A stretch of DNA of 64,000 nt from an uncultured Acidobacteriota bacterium. Its GTDB lineage: Bacteria > Acidobacteriota > Vicinamibacteria > Fen-336. Position numbers and translations under genes: made by a program. Numbering within the stretch: position 1 is the stretch's first letter; each line of letters starts with the position of its first letter. Location of the stretch: NCBI GenBank assembly GCA_963720545.1, contig OY970399.1:992001-1056000 (forward strand), given 5' to 3'. Shown here piece by piece: positions 22,562-32,788 of the stretch. The notes under the pieces are model-generated. The model saw only the letters and a list, made by a program, of their open reading frames with translations. It was not told the DNA's origin and searched no databases.

Positions 22562-24709
22562 ATGCCTTCAAGGAGGTCCTCTTTGTTCAGCATCGCCAAG
22601 CGCGGGTTCGTTGCGTGCGCCGCAGCCGCCTTCCTGACGTTCGCGGCGCCGTCGGCGGTTCGCGCGCAGACCTCGCCGTTCCTGCCCGACGACTTGTACC
22701 GGACGCTCGTGAACGAGATTTCCGGCGACCGCGCCTACGAGAACGTCCGGCACCTCAGCCACTTCCACCGCGTCGAAGGCAGCAAGGATTACTTCGCGGC
22801 CAACGACTGGGTGCTGGAGGCGGCGAAGGACGCGGGTCTCGAGGACGTGAAGCTCATCCACCAGAAGAACGACAACCTCGGCTGGACCTGCGCCTCCGGC
22901 GAAGCGTGGCTGGTGCCGGCGCAAGGCGCCGAGAGCAAGCTCGCCGCCTATGGCGAGGTCGCGGTCTCGATCGCCGACAACAGCCGCACCACGCACGTGG
23001 TCGCCGACCTCGTCGACGTCGGCGCCGGCAATGCGGAGCGCGACTACCAGGGCAAGGACGTGAAGGGCAAGGTGGTGCTCGCGTCCGGTCCGCTCGGCCC
23101 CGTGCACCAGGAGGCCGTATGGAAGCGCGGCGCGCTCGGCGTGCTCTCTTACCAGTCGCACCGGCCCGAGGCCTTCGACGCGCCCGACCAGGTCGCCTGG
23201 TCGCGCATCCCGTACGCGGCCAAGGGTGTCGCGGGCGTCAAGGACGGGACCCCGGCGACCTTCGCCGTCCTGATCTCGCCGCGCCGCGCACGCCTGGTGC
23301 AAACGCAGCTCGAGGCCGGCCCGGCGCGCATCCGCGTCGATATCGAGAGTTCGTTCCAGGCGCAGGGCGAGCAGGTGCTCGTCGAAGGCTTCATCCGGGG
23401 TTCGGAGATCCACGACCAGCAGATCGTGCTGACGGCGCACACCCAGGAAGGCGCAGGCGCCAACGACGATGCCAGCGGCTGCGGCAACACTCTTGAAATC
23501 GCGCGCGCCCTGACGCGCCTCATCAAGGACGGCAAGATCCCGCGCCCGCGCCGCGATCTGCGCTTCTGGTGGGTGAACGAGTTCGCGAGCGAGGAGCGCT
23601 ACTTCCGCGAGAACCCGCAGGAGCCGCGCAAGCTGCTGCTCGACCTCAACCAGGACATGGTCGGCGCGCGGCAGAGCCTCGGCGGCCGCGTGCAGTACGG
23701 AGCGCGCCTGCCGTGGAGCATTCCGCACGTACTCGAGGACGTGATGGAGTCGGTGCTCGGCACCGTGAGCGCGGGGAACACTTCGCTGCTCACCACGCGC
23801 GGCACCGCCCTGCCGGTGCCGTTCACGCGCGAGATCACCGCGGTGAAGGGTTCGCGCGAGCCCTACCACGCGCGCATGGTGCCGTACTACAACTCGACCG
23901 ACCACCACGCCTTCACCCCGGCGCACATCGGCGTGCCGGCGACGAGCCTCACCAACTGGCCGGACGAGTTCATCCACAGCACCGGCGACGACATCGACCA
24001 GCTGGACGCGACCCAGCTGGAGCGCAACGCCGTGGTGGTTGCGGCCGTCGCCTTGTTCTTCGGCAGCGCCGGGGACGGCGGCCTGCCGCTGCTCGCGTCG
24101 TACTCGGGCGCGCGCGGCGTCGCGCGCCTCGCCGCCGACGGCGCGACCGCGCAGCAGCTGCTGTTCGCGGGAACCGATCGTGCCGCGGCCTACCAGGCGG
24201 CGCGCAACCTCATCGTCCATTCCGCGCGCAAGGAGCGCGGTGCCCAGGCGTCGATACCGCGACTCGGGAGCGCCAGCCCTGCGCCGGCCTTCAAGGCGCT
24301 GCAGGTCGGCAGCTCCGCGGCCATCGACCGCGCCGAAGCGGCGCAGCTTCAGAGCCTCGACCTGGCCTACGCCACCCTCGGCGGCAAGCCGGGATCACGG
24401 GTGTTCTCGGCGGACGAGAAGGCCCTGGCGGCGCGCACCTACAGCCCGGGCGGCACCATCGCCGAGATCCAGGACGGTCTCGAACGCATCGACAATGTGC
24501 CGTCCCTGCATTCGATGATGCGCTTCGAGGTGCTGAACTTCGCGAACGGCAAGCGCAGCGGCCTCGACGTCTACGACGCCGTGTCGGCCGAAGCCGCGTC
24601 TGCCGGCGAGTGGTACTACGGCAAGGTCAGCGCCGCCGACGTGAAGACCTACCTCGAGAATGCGGTCAAGGCGGGCGTCCTCAAGGGCGCGCCGCGCGCG
24701 GCGCAGTAA
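22562..24709 (+). CDS. Secreted M28-family aminopeptidase-like protein with PA domain
   Basis: Signal peptide; DVKGKVVL (PA domain), TAH, GANDDASG, NQDMVG, STDH and HSTGD. Confidence 0.78.
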   Translation: MPSRRSSLFSIAKRGFVACAAAAFLTFAAPSAVRAQTSPFLPDDLYRTLVNEISGDRAYENVRHLSHFHRVEGSKDYFAANDWVLEAAKDAGLEDVKLIHQKNDNLGWTCASGEAWLVPAQGAESKLAAYGEVAVSIADNSRTTHVVADLVDVGAGNAERDYQGKDVKGKVVLASGPLGPVHQEAVWKRGALGVLSYQSHRPEAFDAPDQVAWSRIPYAAKGVAGVKDGTPATFAVLISPRRARLVQTQLEAGPARIRVDIESSFQAQGEQVLVEGFIRGSEIHDQQIVLTAHTQEGAGANDDASGCGNTLEIARALTRLIKDGKIPRPRRDLRFWWVNEFASEERYFRENPQEPRKLLLDLNQDMVGARQSLGGRVQYGARLPWSIPHVLEDVMESVLGTVSAGNTSLLTTRGTALPVPFTREITAVKGSREPYHARMVPYYNSTDHHAFTPAHIGVPATSLTNWPDEFIHSTGDDIDQLDATQLERNAVVVAAVALFFGSAGDGGLPLLASYSGARGVARLAADGATAQQLLFAGTDRAAAYQAARNLIVHSARKERGAQASIPRLGSASPAPAFKALQVGSSAAIDRAEAAQLQSLDLAYATLGGKPGSRVFSADEKALAARTYSPGGTIAEIQDGLERIDNVPSLHSMMRFEVLNFANGKRSGLDVYDAVSAEAASAGEWYYGKVSAADVKTYLENAVKAGVLKGAPRAAQ

Positions 24710-24711
24710 CG

Positions 24712-24740
24712 AAAAAAGGGCCGCCCGTTGGGGCGGCCCT
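24712..24740 (-). terminator. Intrinsic terminator of TonB-dependent receptor 2
   Basis: AGGGCCGCCC-GTTG-GGGCGGCCCT stem; the A-run at 24712-24717 reads as a U tail on the minus strand. Confidence 0.8.
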
Positions 24741-24769
24741 GCGCATGCGCCGTTTCTTTACCTGGCGAA

Positions 24770-27538
24770 CTAGAAGCTCCAGCGCCCCGACAGAAACAGC
24801 TGCCGCGGCTCGACGATCGCGAGCGGGGTGCCGAAGAGAGCGCTGTTCACGTTGGCCGAGACGTCGGTGACGTAGGGCGCGTTGAACAGGTTGTAGACGT
24901 CCGCGTAGACGCCGATCTCGTTCTTGCCGCTGGCCTTGAAGACCTTCTCGAAGCGCAGGTCGAACTTCTTCTGGAAATCGGTGCGCTTCGAGCCGCGCGG
25001 CTCGAGGTAGACGGCGCGCGCCGACGAGGAGACGAGCGCGAACGGCACGTTGACGTCGCTGCGGGAGAGGTTCTGGAAGTCGGCGTACGGGAAGCCGCTG
25101 ACACCGGCCCAATACACGCCCAACTTCACGTCGACCTTCGGGATGTCGTAGTCGAAGCGCACCTTGACCTCGTGCGGCCGGTCGTAGGTCATCGGCCCTT
25201 CGAAGAAGCGCAGCGGGATGTTGGGCGTGAGGAAGTTCGCCGTGCGCGTGCCGTTCGTATCGTTGTCGACGGTGCCGTCGGTCTTCGACCAGACGTAGCT
25301 GATGTCGGCGCCCCAGCCGTTCGAGTGGCGTTTGTTGAACTGGAACGTGACGCTCTTGTGCTGGCGATTGGCATGCGCGACGCCGATGACGTTGCCCGAC
25401 GGATCCTTGTACTGGAAGCCGTCGACGTTCGTGATCAGGAAGTTCGCCGTGGCCTCGTCCGGGTTGGTCAACGCCCAGAATGTGAGGGGCTCGCCGGTCA
25501 GGTCGTTCGCGCCCTCGAAGGCTTCCCAGCGCGCGTCGGGCAGCACGGTGTCCGCGAAGTTGTGCCACTTGCGGTAGACGCCGGTGACGCTGACGCGCAG
25601 GTCGCTGCTGAGCGCGCGCTCCAGGGCCAGGCTGTACTGGCGCACCCGTGGATGTTTCAGGTTGGGGTCGACGTTGTAGTACGGATAATCGACCTGGCGT
25701 GAGATGTCGAAGGTGTTGCCTTGCGGGCCGACGAACACGCCGGTGCCGTCGGCATTGTATGTGTAGCCGACGTACGGCCCGAGCTTCGAGGCCGCATACC
25801 GGAAGTAGGTGGCCGCGAGCTGGTCGACGAAGTCGCCGTAATGCGCCTTCAGCACCGTCTTCTGGTCGCCGGTGAGGTCGAGCGCGAAGCCGAGGCGCGG
25901 CGCGAACGCGCTGACCGAGTACACCTTGCCGAGGTTGTTGGGGTCGGCGCCGCCAGGGTAGCCGCCAGCGTTGTCGTAGCGGACGCCGGCGGTGATGGTG
26001 AGGCGACTATTGACCTTCCACGAGTCCTGCGCGAACACCGACTGGCGCTTGATCTTCGAGTCGAGCTCATAGGACGAGTCGTAGCCGTAGTACTGGCCAA
26101 TCGGGTAGTAGTCGCTGGAGTCGTAGTAGAAGATCCCGTTCTCGTAGGTGTTGCGGTTGCGCGAGCGGCTGCGCTCCACCTCGACGCCGAACTTGAGGTC
26201 GTGCTGGCCGTACCCTTCGGCAAAATGCGTCAGCGACGCGTTCAACTGGTTCCGCTTGCGGTCGAAGAGCGTGCGATATCCGGCCGAGACCGAGTTGATG
26301 TCGGTGGACACGTCGTAGTGGCCCGAGACGCCGAGGCCGGCGGGCTGCGGGAACAGGTCGAAATAGCCCGAGTACCCGGTGAACTTCGCCTCGAGGAACG
26401 TGTTGGGCGTGAACAGGTGGCGCCACTGCGCGTTGTACATCACGTTCGGCGCTTCCTCGTTGACGTTCTGGTCGTCGCCGTTCTCGAGGCCGGTCCAGCC
26501 CGAACGGCCCTTGACGTTGAACTGGTCGTACTGACCGCTGAAGGTGAGCGTGTTGCTCGCGTTCGGTAGGTAGGTGAGCTTGCCAAAGAGGCGCGGCGAG
26601 ATGTCGGTGCGCAGCGTCCGGGCGCCGGCGGGGTCGATGGTGATCGACTCACGCTGCGCGGACAGGAAGTAGAAGAGCTTGTCCTGCTTGATCGCACCGC
26701 CGAGCTGCGCGGTCATGTCCTTGCTGTTGAGCGTCTTCGACGGCGTCAGCGAAGAGTTGAGGGCCAGCTGTTCGGCGGTTATGTTGTTGCTCGAGAACGA
26801 GCCGCGCGAATAGCGCATTTCGAACAGGCCGTGCGGGAGGTTCTCGCCCGAGCGCGTCACCGCGTTCATGATGGCGCCGGTGAACGAGCCGTACTCGGCG
26901 TTCAGGCCGAGCGTCTGCACCTGCACTTCGTCGACGATGTTGTAGTTCGAGAACATCCACGCCGTGCCGGCCTGCGGATCGCGGGTGTCGACGCCGTCGA
27001 AGTAGAGCCCATTCGAGACGCCCGCGCCGCCGCCGAAGGCCGAGCCGTCGTTGACGCCGGGCGTGTAGTTGAGCAGGTCGGCGGTGAAGCGTCCGAGCGG
27101 CAGGTTCGCAAGCGACTCCTGGCTGATGTTGTTGTCGGTCTGGGTGGTGCTGATGTCGACGATCGGCGCCTCGGCGGACACCTCGATGGTGTCGGTCAGG
27201 CCGCCCACCTTGAGGCTGAGGTCGACCGCGGCGGTCTTGCCGATCGTGACCGTGACAGGCTCGACCTTGCGCGACTGGAAGCCGGCGAGCGTCGCCTCGA
27301 CCGAGTAGCTGCCGGTCTCGACCGCGGCGAAGCGGTAGCGGCCGTTGCTGTCGCTGACGGCGGTGACGGCGCCGCGCGCACCGGTGAGGGTGACGGTGGC
27401 GCCCGGCAGCGTCGCGCCGCTCTCGTCGGTGACCGCGCCGGTCACGACGCCGAGCAGCGACTGGGCCATTGCGGGCACGGCAAGGAGCAGGAGGGCGAGT
27501 GCGGCCGGGATCAGCTTGCGGAAATTCTGCATTGTCAT
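24770..27538 (-). CDS. TonB-dependent (Oar-like) outer-membrane receptor 2
   Basis: Signal peptide, GAVTDESGATLPGATV, AEYGSFTG, LGGAIKQDKLFYF and C-terminal RWSF; the start could be 27532. Confidence 0.88.
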   Translation of the reverse strand: MTMQNFRKLIPAALALLLLAVPAMAQSLLGVVTGAVTDESGATLPGATVTLTGARGAVTAVSDSNGRYRFAAVETGSYSVEATLAGFQSRKVEPVTVTIGKTAAVDLSLKVGGLTDTIEVSAEAPIVDISTTQTDNNISQESLANLPLGRFTADLLNYTPGVNDGSAFGGGAGVSNGLYFDGVDTRDPQAGTAWMFSNYNIVDEVQVQTLGLNAEYGSFTGAIMNAVTRSGENLPHGLFEMRYSRGSFSSNNITAEQLALNSSLTPSKTLNSKDMTAQLGGAIKQDKLFYFLSAQRESITIDPAGARTLRTDISPRLFGKLTYLPNASNTLTFSGQYDQFNVKGRSGWTGLENGDDQNVNEEAPNVMYNAQWRHLFTPNTFLEAKFTGYSGYFDLFPQPAGLGVSGHYDVSTDINSVSAGYRTLFDRKRNQLNASLTHFAEGYGQHDLKFGVEVERSRSRNRNTYENGIFYYDSSDYYPIGQYYGYDSSYELDSKIKRQSVFAQDSWKVNSRLTITAGVRYDNAGGYPGGADPNNLGKVYSVSAFAPRLGFALDLTGDQKTVLKAHYGDFVDQLAATYFRYAASKLGPYVGYTYNADGTGVFVGPQGNTFDISRQVDYPYYNVDPNLKHPRVRQYSLALERALSSDLRVSVTGVYRKWHNFADTVLPDARWEAFEGANDLTGEPLTFWALTNPDEATANFLITNVDGFQYKDPSGNVIGVAHANRQHKSVTFQFNKRHSNGWGADISYVWSKTDGTVDNDTNGTRTANFLTPNIPLRFFEGPMTYDRPHEVKVRFDYDIPKVDVKLGVYWAGVSGFPYADFQNLSRSDVNVPFALVSSSARAVYLEPRGSKRTDFQKKFDLRFEKVFKASGKNEIGVYADVYNLFNAPYVTDVSANVNSALFGTPLAIVEPRQLFLSGRWSF

Positions 27539-27548
27539 TCTCCTGGTC

Positions 27549-27905
27549 CTACTTGCGAACCGGGTTGTCGATGCGGTCGCTGAAAGTGGATTTCACCACC
27601 CAGGCGGTGCCGATGACCATGAGGCCGATCGCGAAGACGCCGCGCGTCCCCGAGAAGAAGCCGCGGTCGCTCGACGGCTGGGCCGGTGCGGCCGGGGCCT
27701 GCGCGGCGGGCGCTTCGGACTGCGAGGCGCTCATCGCGGCGCTGAGGTCGCGGCCAGCGAGATTCTGTTCGATTGCCGCAGCCAGGGTGGCTGGCGGCAT
27801 GGCCGGTTCGCCGGATTCGGCATGCGCGAGAGGCGCCGCCAGTGTCACACCGAGGGCCAGGGCGGTGGCAGCCGCCGTGATGGAACGTGCCAGTGTCCTC
27901 TTCAC
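27549..27905 (-). CDS. Small exported protein with signal peptide, Ala/Pro linker and C-terminal TM helix
   Basis: GGAGG RBS; AHA cleavage site; GVFAIGLMVIGTAWVV helix; ends 10 nt before the receptor 2 start. Confidence 0.7.
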   Translation of the reverse strand: MKRTLARSITAAATALALGVTLAAPLAHAESGEPAMPPATLAAAIEQNLAGRDLSAAMSASQSEAPAAQAPAAPAQPSSDRGFFSGTRGVFAIGLMVIGTAWVVKSTFSDRIDNPVRK

Positions 27906-27964
27906 GTATTTCCTCCGGCGCAGGGGCGCGCGCTCAAACGGTTGGAGTCCTGCAAGTTGGACTA

Positions 27965-27987
27965 GTTGCGCATTATGAATGCGCGAC
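27965..27987. promoter_or_regulatory. Inverted repeat (candidate operator) in a divergent promoter region
   Basis: GTTGCGCATT-ATG-AATGCGCGAC (9/10 match); overlaps minus-strand TTGCAG-N17-CATAAT. Confidence 0.45.
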
Positions 27988-28035
27988 CTTCCCGCTGCAA
28001 CCCGCGGGCAGGGATGCTAGCTTTTCAGCGGGACC

Positions 28036-30381
28036 TTGAATTCACGGACGAAAACCCGGGTCGGCTGGGCGCTGCTGGCCGCGGCACTGGCCGTTGGCCT
28101 GCTCGCCCGCTTCGTCATGCGGCCGCCCGCGACCGAGGACGCGGCCCGCACTCGCCTGCTCCGCCTGCGTCCCACGGCCAAAAACGTGAATGTGGTGGTC
28201 GTCACGCTCGACACCACCCGGGCGGACCGGCTGGGCTGCTACGGCTTCAGCGGCATCAAGACCCCCAACATCGACCGCCTTGCGGCGGAAGGCGTCTTGT
28301 TCGAGCAGGCGACCGCTGCCGTGCCCCTCACGTTCCCGTCGCACTCGACGATGTTCACCGGGCTCAACCCGCCGCGGCACGCTGTCCACGACAACGGTGG
28401 TTACTTCCTCGACACAAAGCAGGTGACTCTCGCCGAACGTATGAAGGAGGCGGGCTACCAGACGGGTGCCTTCGTCGGCGCGTGGGTGCTCGACTCGAAG
28501 TGGGGACTGAACCAGGGGTTCGACGAGTACGACGACAAGTTCGACCTTTCGAAGTTCAAGGTCCTGTCGCTCGGCACGGTGCAGCGCGAGGGAGACGACG
28601 TCATGAACCGCGCCCTCAAGTGGATGGAGGGCGCCGAGACGAAGGGCCGGTTCTTCGCCTGGATCCACCTCTACGACGCGCACACTCCCTACGACCCGCC
28701 CGAGCCGTATGCCTCTCAGTACAAGGGCCAGCCGTACATCGGCGAGATCGCCAAGGTGGACGGCATCGTCGGGCGTCTCATGGCGCACCTCGAAACCAGG
28801 GGCCTCATGGACAATACGGTGGTCGTGCTGACCGCCGATCACGGCGAGAGCCTGGGCGACCACGGCGAGTCCACCCACTCGTACTTCATCTACGACGCGA
28901 CCACGCACGTGCCGCTCATCATCCGCACGCCCTGGGGCTTCAAGGGCCGCACCCGGGCGCAGGCGGCCGGCGCCGACCTGTTCCCGACCGTCCTCGACCT
29001 TGCGGGACTTTCACCCCAGCCGGACATCGACGGCCATTCGCTGGCGCGCGCCGTCATGGACCGCGCCGCCGACTTGCAGCACGTCGCGTACTCGGAGACC
29101 TTCTACCCGCGTTTCCACTACGGCTGGAGCGAGCTGCGCAGCCTGCGCGACGGCCGCTACAAGTTCATCGCGGCGCCGACGCCGGAGCTTTACGACCTGC
29201 AGAAGGACCCGGCGGAGAAGGACAACATCTACAAGGCGTTCTCGAAGCGCGGCGAGGACATGCGTGCCCGTCTCGACCGCTTCGTGGGCGATACGGCCAC
29301 GAGCGCACCGGAGAAACAGCAACTCGATCCCGACACGCTGCAGCGGCTGGCAGCGCTCGGCTACGTCGGCTCGACGCCGGTGATCGCGCCGGGTGCGGTG
29401 CTCGCCGACCCCAAGGACAAGCTCCGCCTGTACGCCCTCATCCACGAGGCGCGCGACCTGGGACAGGCGAACAAGCTCGACGCCGCGATCGGCAAGATGC
29501 ACGAGGTGCTTCGGGAGGATCCGCACATCGTCGACGGTTACATCTCGATCGGCAACTGGGAGCTGAAGGCGAAGCGCCCCGACAAGGCGATCGAGGCGTA
29601 CGCGCAGGTGCTGGCGCAGCAGCCGGACAACGAGATCGCCATCGTCAACCTCGCGAACGTCTACCGCCAGCGCGGCGAGACGGAAAAGGCGGTCGCCGGC
29701 TACCACGCGGCGCTCAAGCTCGACGCGAAGTCGTCACAGACCTGGTACCAGCTCGCGACCCTCTTCCTCGACGACGGCCGTGTCAAAGACGCCGAGAGCA
29801 CCTTCCGCCAGGCACTGCAGTCGAACCCGAAGATGGGCGCCGCCTACAACAGCCTCGGGGCGATCGCCTGGAGCCGCGGGCAGAAGCAGGAGGCGGAGCA
29901 GCTGATCGCGCGCGGCCTCGAGCTCGAGCCGGAAGTGCGCACCGGTCGCTTCAACCTGGCGCGCATCGTCGAGGCGCGCGGCGATACCGCCGGGGCCGAG
30001 CGCCTGTACCGCGAGGAGCTCGCGACCTACGCCGACAACGGCAAGGCGCGCTTCAACCTGGCGCAGCTGCTGCGCGAGCGCGGCGACCGCCAGGGCTACC
30101 TGCACGAGCTGCTCGAGTCGATCGACAAGGCGCCGGAGTTCGGGCCGGCGTTTTTCTTCCTGGCGCGCGAGGAACTGCGCAACGGCGGCCTCGCCGGCGC
30201 CGAGGAGCTGGCGCGGCGCGGCCTCGAAGTCGATCCCCGTTCCGAGATAGCGCCGCTCGGCCACTTCGTGCTCGCCGACGTCTACGGCCGCCAGGGCGAC
30301 GCCGCCAGGGCGCGTGCGGAAGCGCTGAAGGGGCAGCAGCTCGAGGCCCGCATCCGGTCGCGGCCGAAGCCGGTGGTCTAG
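28036..30381 (+). CDS. Sulfatase-like hydrolase/transferase with C-terminal TPRs, copy 2
   Basis: VVTLDTTRAD, PLTFPSHSTMFTG, HLYDAH and ADHGE; TPRs; colinear paralog of 9891-12206. Confidence 0.85.
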   Translation: MNSRTKTRVGWALLAAALAVGLLARFVMRPPATEDAARTRLLRLRPTAKNVNVVVVTLDTTRADRLGCYGFSGIKTPNIDRLAAEGVLFEQATAAVPLTFPSHSTMFTGLNPPRHAVHDNGGYFLDTKQVTLAERMKEAGYQTGAFVGAWVLDSKWGLNQGFDEYDDKFDLSKFKVLSLGTVQREGDDVMNRALKWMEGAETKGRFFAWIHLYDAHTPYDPPEPYASQYKGQPYIGEIAKVDGIVGRLMAHLETRGLMDNTVVVLTADHGESLGDHGESTHSYFIYDATTHVPLIIRTPWGFKGRTRAQAAGADLFPTVLDLAGLSPQPDIDGHSLARAVMDRAADLQHVAYSETFYPRFHYGWSELRSLRDGRYKFIAAPTPELYDLQKDPAEKDNIYKAFSKRGEDMRARLDRFVGDTATSAPEKQQLDPDTLQRLAALGYVGSTPVIAPGAVLADPKDKLRLYALIHEARDLGQANKLDAAIGKMHEVLREDPHIVDGYISIGNWELKAKRPDKAIEAYAQVLAQQPDNEIAIVNLANVYRQRGETEKAVAGYHAALKLDAKSSQTWYQLATLFLDDGRVKDAESTFRQALQSNPKMGAAYNSLGAIAWSRGQKQEAEQLIARGLELEPEVRTGRFNLARIVEARGDTAGAERLYREELATYADNGKARFNLAQLLRERGDRQGYLHELLESIDKAPEFGPAFFFLAREELRNGGLAGAEELARRGLEVDPRSEIAPLGHFVLADVYGRQGDAARARAEALKGQQLEARIRSRPKPVV

Positions 30382-31358
30382 GCTGTCGTCGTCGCCGCTG
30401 CCGGCGCCGTCATCAGGGCCAGCGCGTTCGCGAGATCGACGTTGCCGCCGCTGATGATCACGCCGACGCGCGCGCCGGCGAGGTCCATGTCTTCGTTCAG
30501 GGCGGCCGCGAGGCCGAGCGCACCGGTTGGTTCGATGATCAGCTTCATGCGTTCCCAGGCAAAGCGCATCGCCGCGACCAGCTCGGCATCGGTGACCGTG
30601 ACCATGTCGTCGACGTTGGCGCGCACCAGCGGCAAGGTCAGCTCGCCGAGCGACGGCGTGCGCGCGCCGTCGGCGATGGTGTCCGGGTTGTGGACCTTCT
30701 GCAGCGTGCCGCTGTGGAACGTACGCGTCGCGTCGTCGCCCGCCAGCGGCTCGACGCCGATGATGCGGCAACGCGGCGACAGCGCGCGCGCCGCGAGCGC
30801 CGACCCGGACAGCAGCCCGCCGCCGCCGCAGGGCACGAGCAGGACGTCGAGGCCGCCGGTGGTGTCGAACAGCTCGCGGGCCGCGGTCCCTGCCCCGGCG
30901 ATGACGTCGAAGTGGTCGTACGGCGGGATCAACACCGGGTCGCCGTCGCGGCGGATCGCAGCCGCGACCTCCTCGCGGTCCTGCGTCTTCGGGTCGTACT
31001 CGACGATCGCCGCCCCGTAGCCCTCGGTCGCGAGGCGCTTGATGGCCGGCGCCGTCTTCGGCATGACCACCGTCGCCTTGGCCCCGAGCAGGCGGCTCGC
31101 GAGCGCTATCGCCTGCGCATGGTTGCCCGACGAATACGCGAGCACGCCGCGGCGCTTCTCTGCCAGCGTCAGGCGCGACACCGCATTGTAGGCGCCGCGG
31201 AACTTGAAGGCACCCATGCGCTGCAGGTTTTCGCACTTCAGGAACCCGGCGCCGCCCAGGCGGGCATCCAGGGTGCGCGAGGTGGCAACGGGCGTGCGAT
31301 GCGCGATGCCCGACAGCACCTGTGCGGCTTCCAGCACGTTTTCGAAGGTGGGCAGCAT
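30378..31358 (-). CDS. PLP-dependent threonine/serine dehydratase family (threo-3-hydroxyaspartate ammonia-lyase/serine racemase-like)
   Basis: KCENLQRMGAFKFRGA, SSGNHAQ, GGGGLLSG and SGGNVD. Confidence 0.88.
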   Translation of the reverse strand: MLPTFENVLEAAQVLSGIAHRTPVATSRTLDARLGGAGFLKCENLQRMGAFKFRGAYNAVSRLTLAEKRRGVLAYSSGNHAQAIALASRLLGAKATVVMPKTAPAIKRLATEGYGAAIVEYDPKTQDREEVAAAIRRDGDPVLIPPYDHFDVIAGAGTAARELFDTTGGLDVLLVPCGGGGLLSGSALAARALSPRCRIIGVEPLAGDDATRTFHSGTLQKVHNPDTIADGARTPSLGELTLPLVRANVDDMVTVTDAELVAAMRFAWERMKLIIEPTGALGLAAALNEDMDLAGARVGVIISGGNVDLANALALMTAPAAATTTA

Positions 31359-31400
31359 TGCAGTCGTGAGTGGCGGGAGTGTACGACGTAAGATCGCGTC

Positions 31401-32303
31401 GTGCCCAATTGGTCCGCGTTTCCCGGTGATCCGTCGCGGGCGGTGACCGCCCTTGCCGAGCGCGTGACCGCAGACGGCGGCCAGGTGCTGTCGGCCTACA
31501 AGGACCCGGTGGGCGATCACTGGCAGCTGTTCGCGCTGCTGCCGATCGACAAGGTGGCGCCAACGCCGTACCAGCGCGACCTCTCCCCCACGCACACCAA
31601 GAAGCTCACCGGCATGATCAAGAAGATCGACCGCTTCGTCGATCCGATCGTCGCGGTGTCGCCGGAAGCGGGGACGTACTGGACGCCCAACGGCCATCAC
31701 CGCCTGAAGTCCCTCGAGAAGCTGAAAGCCCAGTGGGTGCCCGCGATCGTCATCGCCGAGACCGAGGTCGCGTACCAGATCCTGGCCCTCAACACCGAGA
31801 AGGCGCACAACCTCAAGGAGAAATCGCTCGAGGTGATCCGCATGTACCGCGGGCTCACCGCGAGCGAGCCGCGCAGCGGCGAATCCGACTATGAGTTCCA
31901 GTTCGAGGCGCCGCACCTCATCACGCTCGGCGTGCTCTACGAAACCAACAAGCGCTTCGCCGGCGGCGCCTTCGCCCCCATCCTGAAGCGCGTCGACAAA
32001 TTCCTGGACGGCACCTTCGCGAAAACGCTGCCGGAACGCGAGCGCCGCGGCGAACGGGTGCGCGCGGTGGACGAGGCGCTCGCGAAAGTCGTCGCCGCCA
32101 TCAAGAAGCGCGGCATCAACCATCCCTTCGTCAAGAACTACGTCCTCGCCCGCACCACTCCCCTCACCCGCGCCCGCAAGACCATGCCGTCCTTCGAAAA
32201 CGCGATGTCGAAGCTGCTCGCGAACATCGAGGAGTTCGACGTCGACAAGGTCCGCTACCAGGACGTCCAGCGCGGCGCCATCTACGCCGCCCCGGTGGAG
32301 TAG
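31401..32303 (+). CDS. ParB/Srx N-terminal domain-containing protein (orphan)
   Basis: PTPYQRDL...DPIVAV...PNGHHRL...LALNTEK resembles ParB N-terminal boxes. Confidence 0.7.
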   Translation: MPNWSAFPGDPSRAVTALAERVTADGGQVLSAYKDPVGDHWQLFALLPIDKVAPTPYQRDLSPTHTKKLTGMIKKIDRFVDPIVAVSPEAGTYWTPNGHHRLKSLEKLKAQWVPAIVIAETEVAYQILALNTEKAHNLKEKSLEVIRMYRGLTASEPRSGESDYEFQFEAPHLITLGVLYETNKRFAGGAFAPILKRVDKFLDGTFAKTLPERERRGERVRAVDEALAKVVAAIKKRGINHPFVKNYVLARTTPLTRARKTMPSFENAMSKLLANIEEFDVDKVRYQDVQRGAIYAAPVE

Positions 32304-32337
32304 CGCATTGATGGCCGCTCTGTAGAATCGAAGCATC

Positions 32338-32778
32338 GTGACGGACGAAGTTCGGCTTTCCACGAGTCGCGCCAAGCGGGCCTTGTACAGCGCCCTCGGG
32401 TTCGTGTTTCTCGGCATCGGCATCGCCGGCATCTTCCTGCCGCTCGTGCCCACGACCATCAACATCATCCTGGCGGCGTACTTCTTCTTCCAGTCGAACG
32501 AAAAGATGTACCGGTGGCTCATGAACCACCCGCGCTTCGGACCGGCGCTGCGCGACTATCGCGCCGGGCTCGGCATCCCGCTGCGCGCCAAGATCTGGGC
32601 GGTGGCCGCGGTGGCGTTGACCTTCACGACCACCATCCTGCTCGCGATCCAGACGCTGCGTGGACGCCTGGCGATGATCGCGCTGGCGCTTGCCATCTGC
32701 GCCTATATCGTGAGCCGGCCGACGAAGGAGAAGGTGCTCGCGGCGCGCGCCGCATCGCTCCGCGCCAGCACCTCCTGA
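32338..32778 (+). CDS. YbaN (DUF454) family membrane protein
   Basis: GIFLPLVPTT, WLMNHPRFGP and GIPLRAK. Confidence 0.8.
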   Translation: MTDEVRLSTSRAKRALYSALGFVFLGIGIAGIFLPLVPTTINIILAAYFFFQSNEKMYRWLMNHPRFGPALRDYRAGLGIPLRAKIWAVAAVALTFTTTILLAIQTLRGRLAMIALALAICAYIVSRPTKEKVLAARAASLRASTS

Positions 32779-32788
32779 GCACACCCTC

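Noticed and set aside
27966..31391. 1141-aa ORF and other long Arg/Ala-rich or antisense ORFs (e.g. 16173-18896, 53922-56021, 58233-60500)
   Set aside because: These are shadow frames of recognisable genes, expected at about 70% GC.
31401..32303. Plasmid or prophage partition locus
   Set aside because: No parA, rep, integrase or compositional shift; the flanking genes are chromosomal.
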